A stretch of DNA of 64,000 nucleotides from the IMG/VR virus record IMGVR_UViG_3300009545_000018, positions 186,001 through 250,000 of that record; one strand, written 5' to 3'. Below are positions 26,960 to 35,450 of the stretch, in pieces. A model generated the notes under the pieces. The model made no database searches and was not told where the DNA came from. It worked only from the letters and a program-made list of their open reading frames with translations. Position numbers and translations under genes: made by a program. Position 1 is the first letter of the stretch. Each line of letters starts with the position of its first letter.

Positions 26960-27035
26960 GGTTTGTTAGCTCAGTGATTAGAGCAGAGGATTCTAAAACC
27001 TTTGGTCGTGAGTTTGAATCTCACACAAACCACCA
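26960..27035 (+). tRNA. Amber suppressor tRNA (CUA) #2
   Basis: GGTTTGT/ACAAACC acceptor, GCTC/GAGC D-stem, loop TT-CTA-AA (26993-95), GTGAG-TTTGAAT-CTCAC T arm, A73 and encoded CCA. Confidence 0.85.
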
Positions 27036-27545
27036 ATGAAAAAGTTGCTATTAGAAATAGAATTGATACCAGCATCTTCATGGTATAGCAACGTCAGATC
27101 AAACGTAACTAAAAAGCAATGGGATATTATTAGAAATAAAGTTTATTCTGAAGCCTATAATCTTTGTCAAATATGTGGTGAGCAAGGAAACAAGCACCCA
27201 GTTGAATGTCATGAAATGTGGGAATTTGATGATTTTAAATTAATACAAAAATTAATAGGAATGATAGCATTATGTCCAATGTGTCACGCTACTAAACATT
27301 ATGGTTTATCAAAAATACAAGGTAAAGAAGAGATAATTTTTAATCATTTTATAAAAATTAATAATATTGACAAGGTAGCGGTAAAGCACTACATTGATTC
27401 TGTTTTTAAAATTTGGGAAACACGTAGCCAAAAAGAATGGGAATTAGATATTTCCATATTAAAAAACTATGGAGTAGATATTTATGAATCCAATAATTCA
27501 AAAAAAGATAGAGTTGTTAAAAAATCAACAACAAAAAATAGATGA
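27036..27545 (+). CDS. HNH-type (treble-clef) nuclease-like protein
   Basis: IELIPASSWYSNVRS, CQICG, ECHEMW, IALCPMCH. Confidence 0.78.
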   Translation: MKKLLLEIELIPASSWYSNVRSNVTKKQWDIIRNKVYSEAYNLCQICGEQGNKHPVECHEMWEFDDFKLIQKLIGMIALCPMCHATKHYGLSKIQGKEEIIFNHFIKINNIDKVAVKHYIDSVFKIWETRSQKEWELDISILKNYGVDIYESNNSKKDRVVKKSTTKNR

Positions 27546-27885
27546 AGAAAAAGCAAAACAAGAACAAATTAGACGACAAATTGAATTGAAAAAAATAGAA
27601 AGCAAAGTCCCAGAAGCCAAAATTTGGGTCGAAAACTTTTTATTTGATTTAATAGCCAAAGAAGATTTAAAAATAGATGATTTAAATAAACATAGATATA
27701 GAGATGAACATCTGCCTAAGGAATTAGAGTTGTTTCATATCCCTGATAATATTCCTATCGAATCTATAGTTAAAGCAATTAAAACTTTTAGTGGTCTTTA
27801 TGTAAGAGAATCTTGGCAACCTGCCACACATGATATTGATGGTCCTAGTTATCCAGCATATATGGCATATTATGTTAGATGGTAA
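27484..27885 (+). CDS. Hypothetical protein with N-terminal coiled coil
   Basis: GGAG SD; 133 aa. Confidence 0.65.
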   Translation: MNPIIQKKIELLKNQQQKIDEEKAKQEQIRRQIELKKIESKVPEAKIWVENFLFDLIAKEDLKIDDLNKHRYRDEHLPKELELFHIPDNIPIESIVKAIKTFSGLYVRESWQPATHDIDGPSYPAYMAYYVRW

Positions 27886-27888
27886 AAT

Positions 27889-28161
27889 ATGAAAAAACCC
27901 AGCCCAATTAAAACTATAATATTTAGTGCGCGACAAATTAATGATTATATAATTAATCTTTATAATGTCAATGGTGACCAATTTTGGGATTGGTTTTATA
28001 GTGAATGTCGATGGGGAGAAACTAATTTATTATCACTATCAGAGGCAGATAATGAATATGGCTTTGAAGAGCCACTTTCAAGTTATTTTAAATTAATTAA
28101 ATCAGAATTTTCTGATCAAGTTGATGATGAAGAGTGTTTGGAGATCAAAAATGATCTTTAA
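27889..28161 (+). CDS. Hypothetical protein
   Basis: 90-aa ORF. Confidence 0.6.
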   Translation: MKKPSPIKTIIFSARQINDYIINLYNVNGDQFWDWFYSECRWGETNLLSLSEADNEYGFEEPLSSYFKLIKSEFSDQVDDEECLEIKNDL

Positions 28162-28199
28162 AATAATTTATTTTTGTATATAAGGAACATTAAATAAGA

Positions 28200-28718
28200 A
28201 TGATTACTAAGAATAGAGTTAATTTTCAAATAAAAGTGTTGCAAGTTAGATTGATTGATAGTAATGGAGATAATGTTGGAATAATTTCAACACAAGAAGC
28301 TCTAAAAAAAGCCAGAGAACAAAACTTAGATCTTGTTGAAATTAACTCTAAATCATTGCCGCCGGTTTGTAAAATTATTGATTATGGTAAGTTTAAGTAT
28401 GATGAAAAAAAGAAACAAAACGAAGCTAAAAAGAATCATAAAGTTCAAGAATTAAAAGAAATTACTTTTCGCCCTACTACTGATGAGAATGATTTAAATC
28501 ATAAATTGGCTTCTGCACGGAGTTTTCTTGAAGAAGGCGACAAAGTAAAATTTACTATTAGATTTAGAGGTAGAGAAATTGTTCATCCAGAAGTAGGTAG
28601 AGATAGAATTCTTTGGTTATTAGAACAATTAAAGGACATAATTGCAGTACCTCCTCCAATTTCAATGGAAGGGAAATTCATGTCGGTTGTAGTAATGCCA
28701 AGTAAAAAAGGTAACTAA
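28200..28718 (+). CDS. infC: Translation initiation factor IF-3
   Basis: RVNFQI..VRLID, ALKKAREQNLDLVEI, PPVCKIIDYGKFKY, KEITFRP, GDKVKFTIRFRGRE. Confidence 0.95.
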   Translation: MITKNRVNFQIKVLQVRLIDSNGDNVGIISTQEALKKAREQNLDLVEINSKSLPPVCKIIDYGKFKYDEKKKQNEAKKNHKVQELKEITFRPTTDENDLNHKLASARSFLEEGDKVKFTIRFRGREIVHPEVGRDRILWLLEQLKDIIAVPPPISMEGKFMSVVVMPSKKGN

Positions 28719-28734
28719 TGTTATATTAACTTGT

Positions 28735-29466
28735 ATGCAAGTTAAATCAGGTATTATTCTGGCTGGTGGCACTGGTTCAAGATTGGCTCCATTAAACTCT
28801 CTATTTAATAAACATTTAGTTCCAGTTTATAACAAATTTATTATAGATTATCCTCTGGATACATTAAAAAATTTGGGCGTAACAGATCTGACAATCGTTT
28901 TAGGAGGAGCTCATTTTAGTCAAGTGGTTTCTCACGTAAAAGATGGCAGTCATCTTGATATGACCGTAAATTATGTTTATCAAGACAAGCCTATGGGTAT
29001 TGCTCAAGCTGTTAATTTATGTAAAAAATTTGTTAATGAAGATTTTGTTGTAATTCTTGGTGATAACATTTTTGAAAAACCTGTAAAATTAAATCCTGAA
29101 CAATTAGAAGGTGCACAAATTGTTTTGCATAGTCATCCAGAATTGTATCGTTTTGGGGTGGCAGGAATTGATTCTAATAAAGACGTTAAACTTTTAGTAG
29201 AAAAACCAAAGCAACTCTCTAATGATTTGGATCACTATGCAGTAACTGGTTGTTATAAATTTGATTATAATTTTTTTAACTATTTCGATAATTTAAAACC
29301 AAGCCCTCGTGGTGAATATGAAATTGTTGATATTATTAAAAAATATTTAGAAGATGGAAAGCTTCATTATACCTTTGTAGAAGGTATGTGGAGTGATGCT
29401 GGTACCCATGAATCTATTAATTTTGTTAATAATTTCTTTTATAACAAACAAAATGGATCGTTATAA
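28735..29466 (+). CDS. rfbA: Glucose-1-phosphate thymidylyltransferase (RmlA-like)
   Basis: GIILAGGTGSRLAP, KHLVPVY, YVYQDKPMGIAQA, ILGDNIF, VEKP, PSPRGEYEI, WSDAGT. Confidence 0.92.
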   Translation: MQVKSGIILAGGTGSRLAPLNSLFNKHLVPVYNKFIIDYPLDTLKNLGVTDLTIVLGGAHFSQVVSHVKDGSHLDMTVNYVYQDKPMGIAQAVNLCKKFVNEDFVVILGDNIFEKPVKLNPEQLEGAQIVLHSHPELYRFGVAGIDSNKDVKLLVEKPKQLSNDLDHYAVTGCYKFDYNFFNYFDNLKPSPRGEYEIVDIIKKYLEDGKLHYTFVEGMWSDAGTHESINFVNNFFYNKQNGSL

Positions 29467-29500
29467 TAACATTCGTGATTGTTATTTTTATTGAGGTAAT

Positions 29501-30313
29501 ATGAAAATTTTAACTTTGGGTAAAGGCTTTGTAAGTGACCATTTACCTTATTTATCCATTTTGGATAGATTAACTCCAGATCCTAAACAAATAGAAAAAA
29601 TTATAGACAGAGATAAGCCAGACATATTAATTAATTGTATTGGGCGTTGTGGTAACCCAAATGTGGATCAGTGTGAGTTAATTAAGCATGAAACATATAC
29701 TGCTAATACAATTATTCCAGCTATAGTTGCTGAGGCTTGTTATAAGCACAGTATTCATTTTATCCACATCGGCTCTGGTTGTATTTTTTATGGAACCTCA
29801 CCTTCTGGTGAGGCTGGTTGGAAAGAAAATGATTTTGCAAATCCAGAATCATATTACAGCAAGACTAAGTATGCGGCAGATTTATTAATTGGAAGTTTAC
29901 CTAATACTTCTATTTTAAGAGTGCGAATGCCAATTTCGGATAAAAATCATCCAAGAAATTTGCTTAACAAACTCAGAAAATATAACAAATTAATTGATAT
30001 TCCAAACTCTATGACATTTATGTCAGATTTTGTAAAGTGTATCGATTGGTGTGCAAATAACCATAAAACTGGTATGTATCATGTAACTAATCCGGGAACA
30101 TTAACTGCCGCCCAAATTATGAGTGAATATAAAAATTATGTTCCAGAACATAATTTTGAAATAATTAATGAATCTCAATTAGGATCATTAACTGTAGCTA
30201 AACGTTCTAATTGTATACTTAATTCAGATAAGTTAAAAGCTGATGGTTTTCATATGACATCAGCAGAAGATGCTCTTAAAGCATGTATGAAAAATTATAT
30301 GAGAAATATTTAA
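29501..30313 (+). CDS. NDP-4-keto-6-deoxyglucose 3,5-epimerase/4-reductase (UER1/NRS-ER-like, RmlD superfamily)
   Basis: GRCGNPNVDQCE, HIGSGCIF, SYYSKTK (YxxxK), LRVRMPI, RNLLNKL, IPNSMT. Confidence 0.8.
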   Translation: MKILTLGKGFVSDHLPYLSILDRLTPDPKQIEKIIDRDKPDILINCIGRCGNPNVDQCELIKHETYTANTIIPAIVAEACYKHSIHFIHIGSGCIFYGTSPSGEAGWKENDFANPESYYSKTKYAADLLIGSLPNTSILRVRMPISDKNHPRNLLNKLRKYNKLIDIPNSMTFMSDFVKCIDWCANNHKTGMYHVTNPGTLTAAQIMSEYKNYVPEHNFEIINESQLGSLTVAKRSNCILNSDKLKADGFHMTSAEDALKACMKNYMRNI

Positions 30314-30324
30314 TTGGAGATTTT

Positions 30325-30519
30325 ATGTCTAGCAAAAATGTAATTATTGATTTAAAAAGCAGAAAAGATAAAGATGGTGCCACTTTTTATGTAGGCAAAG
30401 TTGAGGCTCCAGTTTTAATTGATTGTTCAAAGGGTGTAGTGTTTTTAGTTTTTGTATCTGATAAAGGTGAAGAACAATTACAAATAGCTCCAATGGATGA
30501 AAAAAATTCCGGGGATTAA
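30325..30519 (+). CDS. Small beta-rich hypothetical protein
   Basis: GGAG SD before ATG 30325; RKDKDGATFYVGK. Confidence 0.65.
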   Translation: MSSKNVIIDLKSRKDKDGATFYVGKVEAPVLIDCSKGVVFLVFVSDKGEEQLQIAPMDEKNSGD

Positions 30520-30526
30520 ATATTGT

Positions 30527-30820
30527 ATGACTCAACATTTTGAAGAATTATGGGAAAAATGTGAAAAACTCCACCAAGAAGCGGAAACTTCTATTTCTGC
30601 ATCTTTAATGGAACTAGATTTAAAATTCAAACTTTATAAAAATATTAATGATCAAGAATTTACAAAAGAAGAAGCTGAAGCAATAAAATCTCGCATTTTG
30701 GGCGAGATTTTATTAACTATTACTAATATATCTTTAGTTGACAATATCAACGTATTTAAAGCGCTTACAGAAGCACTTCAATTTAGAAGCATTGAAATTT
30801 ACACAGAAAAGTATAAATAA
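30527..30820 (+). CDS. Hypothetical helical protein (possibly MazG-like fold)
   Basis: FEELWEKCE...LGEILL...NINVFKAL. Confidence 0.55.
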   Translation: MTQHFEELWEKCEKLHQEAETSISASLMELDLKFKLYKNINDQEFTKEEAEAIKSRILGEILLTITNISLVDNINVFKALTEALQFRSIEIYTEKYK

Positions 30821-31177
30821 TTACGCTACTTGCTTAATTGCATAACTAGCACCTGGTAACATATTTCTGCTAGCTAAATTCTCTACTGTTTTTTGAATAG
30901 CTTTGAATGCGGCATCAGAAGCTTTACCTGGTACAAATTGTACTTTAACAACACCATCAAAAGCGGCATCATTAGATGGATGAACTTCTAAAACACCTAC
31001 TAAAGCTCTAACAGCTGGAGGTAAGGCGCCTAAGATAGTTTCAGCTTCTTTAACATTTGGGTGAACTGGAGCTGGAAGTTCTTGTGCGGGAGCTTGTGCT
31101 TGGGCAAGTTTGATAAGAATTTTTTGTTGATTCTCAGCAATCTTTAATAATTTTTTTAGTACTTCTTGGTCACTCAT
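30821..31177 (-). CDS. Hypothetical protein with shared N-terminal leader
   Basis: GAGGA SD before ATG 31177; VLKKLLKIAENQQKILIKLAQ. Confidence 0.7.
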   Translation of the reverse strand: MSDQEVLKKLLKIAENQQKILIKLAQAQAPAQELPAPVHPNVKEAETILGALPPAVRALVGVLEVHPSNDAAFDGVVKVQFVPGKASDAAFKAIQKTVENLASRNMLPGASYAIKQVA

Positions 31178-31192
31178 GTAGATATTCCTCAA

Positions 31193-31543
31193 TTAAAGGG
31201 TAGTTTTTACATCCAAATCAAACGATTTAGATTTAAGATTAGGGTCTGATTGAAATTTAGTTGTTAAAAATGCCTTAACATCATCAACAACACTCTCTGA
31301 TAATGGTGTTTTAGTGGCAGGTGATAATGTAATCATAATCTTAAAATTATTCTGATCTATTTGCTCTAAAGTGTGATTTTCTTTAGCAAATACTCCATTA
31401 TTAACCAAAAATAAGGCAATGGAATTTTTAATAAAATTACTTAAATATTCCATATCATTATTTAATTGAGACAATTTTATTATTGTCTTTTGTTGCAATT
31501 CGGCAATTTTTATAAGTTTTTTTAAGATATTTTGATTATTCAT
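31193..31543 (-). CDS. Hypothetical protein with shared N-terminal leader
   Basis: AAGGA SD; ILKKLIKIAELQQKTIIKLSQ. Confidence 0.7.
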   Translation of the reverse strand: MNNQNILKKLIKIAELQQKTIIKLSQLNNDMEYLSNFIKNSIALFLVNNGVFAKENHTLEQIDQNNFKIMITLSPATKTPLSESVVDDVKAFLTTKFQSDPNLKSKSFDLDVKTTL

Positions 31544-31544
31544 A

Positions 31545-31988
31545 TTATCCTTTTAGAACTTGCTGTAATAAATAAACAGCCTCTTCTCTTTTGCTAGAAA
31601 TTGACATAATCATATCATCTAGTCCTAATGTTAGCTTATCTTCATCATCAAAACAATTATAAGCGTCCCTGGACAATTTAATAAAATCTTTCTCAGCTGC
31701 TAAGGACATTTCCACTGGAGAGCCTTCCAGATTATTATATTTTGACAGAACCCTGTTTAACAGTTCATTTTGAAACTCATAGTCCAAACAGTCATTACCA
31801 ATAAGTCCTAAAAATTTCTCAGCCGCTTCATCTAAATTTTCTAATACAGATTTATAAAGTCTTTCAAATAATAAATGATCACCATAAAAACTAGCGCCTT
31901 TGGTAGTCCAATGATTATTTTGATGTATAATAGCTAAACTTTTAAGGGTAGCAATATACAAAGCTGCAACTTTATTACATTTATCCAT
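31545..31988 (-). CDS. Dps/ferritin-like protein
   Basis: HQNNHWTTKGASFYGDHLLFERLY, LDEAAEK, EEAVYLL. Confidence 0.8.
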   Translation of the reverse strand: MDKCNKVAALYIATLKSLAIIHQNNHWTTKGASFYGDHLLFERLYKSVLENLDEAAEKFLGLIGNDCLDYEFQNELLNRVLSKYNNLEGSPVEMSLAAEKDFIKLSRDAYNCFDDEDKLTLGLDDMIMSISSKREEAVYLLQQVLKG

Positions 31989-32036
31989 ATTTACTTCTTT
32001 AAAGAAAATTCAAAAAGATATGTTTTTATTAGTATC

Positions 32037-32633
32037 TTAAAGTAAAATTGTTTCTTTTAAACCATATTGATCAACTTCTTGGGCATAAACTTTATTATTA
32101 GAGCTATAAATATTGCCTAATTGCATTGAATAATTATAAAACTGCGGTTCTTTTTCAGTTAAAGGATTGTTACTTATTATATAACCATATGCTCCACCAT
32201 ATGATTTATGCCAACTTTCATTGTTAAATAATGAAACAAAACTAATTTCTAAATTATCTTGCAAATCTTCCTTTTCCATATTTGGGGTTAACCCGCCCCC
32301 TACAATAACTAAATTAAACTTATTAATAAATTCTATTATAATTGCATTTGGCTTCAAATTAATCCACGTTCTTATTTTTTCTGGAAGCGTAATATCTAAC
32401 AAGGCTCTTAAATCAAATTCTCCTACATTAAATATCCATTTACTATTAAACAAATCTATTCTTTTATTTAATTCTTCTATCCTTTGATAAGGATATAATA
32501 AATTACCATTTATAATAATAAAATCATAATTAGATTCCATCTCTTTAATCTTATCAAAGATATTAACTTTGTCATAAATTGGTCCAACAACTAAAACTTT
32601 ATTTTGACATTTTTTAATCGTAAGAATACCCAT
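32037..32633 (-). CDS. Degenerate metallophosphoesterase-fold protein (metal ligands lost)
   Basis: VVGPIYD, INGNLLY, NVGEFD, IVGGG, MQLG occupy the positions of GDIHG, GDxIDRG, GNHE, VHAG, IDTG. Confidence 0.55.
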   Translation of the reverse strand: MGILTIKKCQNKVLVVGPIYDKVNIFDKIKEMESNYDFIIINGNLLYPYQRIEELNKRIDLFNSKWIFNVGEFDLRALLDITLPEKIRTWINLKPNAIIIEFINKFNLVIVGGGLTPNMEKEDLQDNLEISFVSLFNNESWHKSYGGAYGYIISNNPLTEKEPQFYNYSMQLGNIYSSNNKVYAQEVDQYGLKETILL

Positions 32634-32757
32634 AGTTAAAGAAGATATAACTATGTCAAAATTTTATCTTTCGTTAATAATTGTAAAAAATTAAACGAAC
32701 TTTTTCTCGACATCTGTTGAGGGGATCTATAGGGGAATAGGTGTTATATACGATCAC

Positions 32758-33105
32758 ATGAAGAAAACTAAAACCATTAAGTCATTTTTCTTTAAAGGTT
32801 ATACTCATAATGAGACTGTTAATATAATTAACAAAGAACTTCCTATAAGTTTAAAATATAATGAAGATTTAATTGATAGAATACATTTTAAATATCCAAT
32901 ATTAAACAAAACTGAAATTACTATAATAGTCAAATTGATATTCGAGTCTATAAGAGAATTAATGATATTAGGAAAAATACTTAATTTTAATAATTTATTT
33001 TTTGATACAAAATTTCATTTCTTTAAATATAGAAAAGAAGGTCGTATATTACCTGCACTAAAAGTAAAAATATCTACTCCACCACCTATGAGGAAAAATG
33101 TTTGA
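32758..33105 (+). CDS. Divergent HU/IHF-like protein
   Basis: LIDRIH...LNKTEITIIVKLIFESIRELMILGKILNFNNLF resembles the HU/IHF helical core. Confidence 0.5.
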   Translation: MKKTKTIKSFFFKGYTHNETVNIINKELPISLKYNEDLIDRIHFKYPILNKTEITIIVKLIFESIRELMILGKILNFNNLFFDTKFHFFKYRKEGRILPALKVKISTPPPMRKNV

Positions 33106-33415
33106 TTTTAATGATTTAGATAATAATGAACCTATTGACAATATTAAATTTAATATTACAGATATTAAAGATAAAATTCCAACTCATAGTTCTAAAAAAT
33201 TATGTGAAATGATTGTTGTTGCAAGATATTTTGGTTTACATTCAGATTTAGATACATATTGTATGGAAGAATTAGCCTCTAGAAGATTGAATGGTGATTC
33301 TTTTGATTTTGAATCATATATTGAGGAATCTACTAAAGAACTTCCAGTTTTAGATTTTTCTCCCAGTGGTTTTGATATAAGACAAGTATTAAATCAAGCA
33401 ATGAGTATTAAATGA
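33098..33415 (+). CDS. Hypothetical protein
   Basis: GAGG SD; 105 aa. Confidence 0.7.
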   Translation: MFDFNDLDNNEPIDNIKFNITDIKDKIPTHSSKKLCEMIVVARYFGLHSDLDTYCMEELASRRLNGDSFDFESYIEESTKELPVLDFSPSGFDIRQVLNQAMSIK

Positions 33416-33948
33416 ATTTGAAATTAACTTCAACTATAATTGAACATATTTTTTGCAGTTTGTTAATGATAAAATCTGATTTTATCAAAACTGTAGGTGC
33501 TAAATCTCTTTTAGATAAAGATTTTTTATTAGATCAAACTCTTAATTTAAATGATAGTGTTAATAACTTTTATAATAAAGTTTGGTCTTGTCAATCCGAG
33601 ATTTCTGGTAAAAAGATATTTTTATTAGTAGCAGATTGTAGTTTAGAAAAAGATATTAAAGAATATAGTTTAATAGTTAAATTAGAAGATGCCCCTATTT
33701 ATGGTTGTTATTTAGTTTTGAATGAAAATTATAATTCAGATGCTTTAATTGCCTGTACTTTAGACGGTAAAAATTGGATGGAATGCAATACCTATTTGCA
33801 AGCCACCTTTTTAGCTGGGATGGAACAAATAAAGGAATTAAATAGTAATTGGAATAAAGTTATTAATTATGAGCAAGAATTTAATTTATTAAAGTCATTT
33901 TTATCATTCCACAATTCTATATATGGAGAAATTACTGATGAGAGGTAA
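33412..33948 (+). CDS. Hypothetical protein
   Basis: ATGA-coupled, 178 aa. Confidence 0.7.
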   Translation: MNLKLTSTIIEHIFCSLLMIKSDFIKTVGAKSLLDKDFLLDQTLNLNDSVNNFYNKVWSCQSEISGKKIFLLVADCSLEKDIKEYSLIVKLEDAPIYGCYLVLNENYNSDALIACTLDGKNWMECNTYLQATFLAGMEQIKELNSNWNKVINYEQEFNLLKSFLSFHNSIYGEITDER

Positions 33949-34399
33949 AAAAATAGATAATGAATTTTTAACTGAATTCATAACCTTTTGTTCTAGTAAT
34001 AATAAATGTTTACCGCAAGAAATAATCAATGAAGCTAAAAAAGAAATTGAAATTATTGAGCAAAAAATTAAAGAAGTGGAATCTTTGAAGATAAAAAGAT
34101 CAAAACTTCTTGATGTTATTACTATATTTAATTCGGAGAAAAAAATTGTAAAACAAGATGATTTAAATCTATTACAATATTTTAATATTGAAAATCAACA
34201 TATTTGCAAATTTATTTGTGATTTATTAACTGATAATAGTTTTAAAATTAATGAGATTAAATCAGATATTTTTTCTCAAAATGATATTTTATATTGTATT
34301 AAACAATTATTAGAGTATAAAGTAATATATAAAGTTGATGATTGTATTTTGCGCGGAATAAAATATAATGAATATTATAAAGTGGTTTTAGGAAAGTAA
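33938..34399 (+). CDS. Hypothetical protein, coiled coil plus possible winged helix
   Basis: GGAG SD before ATG 33938. Confidence 0.65.
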   Translation: MRGKKIDNEFLTEFITFCSSNNKCLPQEIINEAKKEIEIIEQKIKEVESLKIKRSKLLDVITIFNSEKKIVKQDDLNLLQYFNIENQHICKFICDLLTDNSFKINEIKSDIFSQNDILYCIKQLLEYKVIYKVDDCILRGIKYNEYYKVVLGK

Positions 34400-34740
34400 T
34401 GCTTGTTGCTATCTTAGGAAATAAAGATAAAATATGTTTATTAGATTGTAAGTCTAAAATTAATAATATGTATTATGCTATTTGTGGTAAAGACTATGAA
34501 AAACAAACTCATACATTATTTTCTTTAGATCAACAAATTGATAATATATGTTCTATGTGTAAAAAACATATAAAAGATTTGTATGGATCAAATGATAATG
34601 CGTTATATTATAATATACAACAACAAAATATAATTAATTCTCATGGAGAATATCAGATATTTTTATCAAAAACTAAAAGAAAATTAAATTTATTTAATAT
34701 TTCCATTAATAAAATAAAAAGGATTTATGAATCAAGATAA
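34399..34740 (+). CDS. Hypothetical protein
   Basis: TAATG-coupled, 113 aa. Confidence 0.55.
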   Translation: MLVAILGNKDKICLLDCKSKINNMYYAICGKDYEKQTHTLFSLDQQIDNICSMCKKHIKDLYGSNDNALYYNIQQQNIINSHGEYQIFLSKTKRKLNLFNISINKIKRIYESR

Positions 34741-35077
34741 TGTTAGTAAAAGAGATTTTTGGAAATTTGTTAATTCTAAGTCTCATAATATTCATTACTA
34801 TCATATTGGATCTATAATAAATATATTATTTGAAGAAATTGCTGAAGATTTAAAAAATGAAAAATTAATTAAGATTCATAATTTTGGAGAAATTTCTTTA
34901 CAAAAAACTAAACCAAAAAAATATTTCGATGTTAGATATCAACAGGTCATGCAATCAACAGGTTCTAAAATATTAAAATTTTCAGTAGCTTCTTTATTAA
35001 GAAAAAAGTTATTTTCTTTTTTAGATCTTGACAAAACATTCCAGGATGCTTACGATGAAGAGGAAAAGAAAACCTAG
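34727..35077 (+). CDS. HU/IHF-family DNA-binding protein
   Basis: SKRDF, INILFEEIAEDL, IKIHNFGEI, KFSVASLLR; the only accepted gene I saw ending in TAG. Confidence 0.72.
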   Translation: MNQDNVSKRDFWKFVNSKSHNIHYYHIGSIINILFEEIAEDLKNEKLIKIHNFGEISLQKTKPKKYFDVRYQQVMQSTGSKILKFSVASLLRKKLFSFLDLDKTFQDAYDEEEKKT

Positions 35078-35450
35078 ACCAATATTTTTTGTTTGTACAG
35101 GAATTAATAGTACAATAAATGAATTGAAAACAAAAGCTATTCAAGCATCGTCTATAGACGATGCTGTTATTTTATTTGATAATGAATTTGGATTCAAACC
35201 TAAAGATGTTTTAGGTCCATTTTATAAAAAACAAACTAAAGTATTAGAAAATACTATGTCAATTAAAATGTCTACTAAATGGGAAAATGCAGAATATAAT
35301 GGTTGGAATGTAAAAGCAAACTTTTTGCATGAGCCTAAAAATAAAGCTTTTCTACTATTTAATAGTAGAGTTGATGGAGAAAATTTACAAAAACCACAAG
35401 GTATTACTATTGTACCAATTTATGATTTAAGGATATTAAATGTTAAGTAA
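35055..35450 (+). CDS. Hypothetical protein
   Basis: Likely start MKRKRKPRP; 131 aa. Confidence 0.65.
   Translation: MKRKRKPRPIFFVCTGINSTINELKTKAIQASSIDDAVILFDNEFGFKPKDVLGPFYKKQTKVLENTMSIKMSTKWENAEYNGWNVKANFLHEPKNKAFLLFNSRVDGENLQKPQGITIVPIYDLRILNVK

Noticed and set aside
26881-27035. Pyrrolysine system
   Set aside because: No PylRS/PylBCD-like genes are in the window, and the tRNAs lack the tRNA-Pyl hallmarks (single base between acceptor and D stems, 6-bp anticodon stem, 3-nt variable loop).
26960-27035. Reading suppressor #2 as tRNA-Arg(UCU)
   Set aside because: Shifting the register destroys the anticodon stem; counting from the D-stem and variable loop places CTA at positions 34-36.
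26806-27039. 77-aa ORF in the track
   Set aside because: It overlaps three tRNA cloverleafs, so it is a shadow ORF.
30821-30841. Protein C-terminus YAIKQVA matching the tmRNA tag end LAQVA
   Set aside because: A three-residue match in one protein is within chance.
34727-35107. Functional read-through of the TAG ending the HU/IHF gene
   Set aside because: It would add only 10 residues inside the overlap with the next gene; the overlap explains the TAG.
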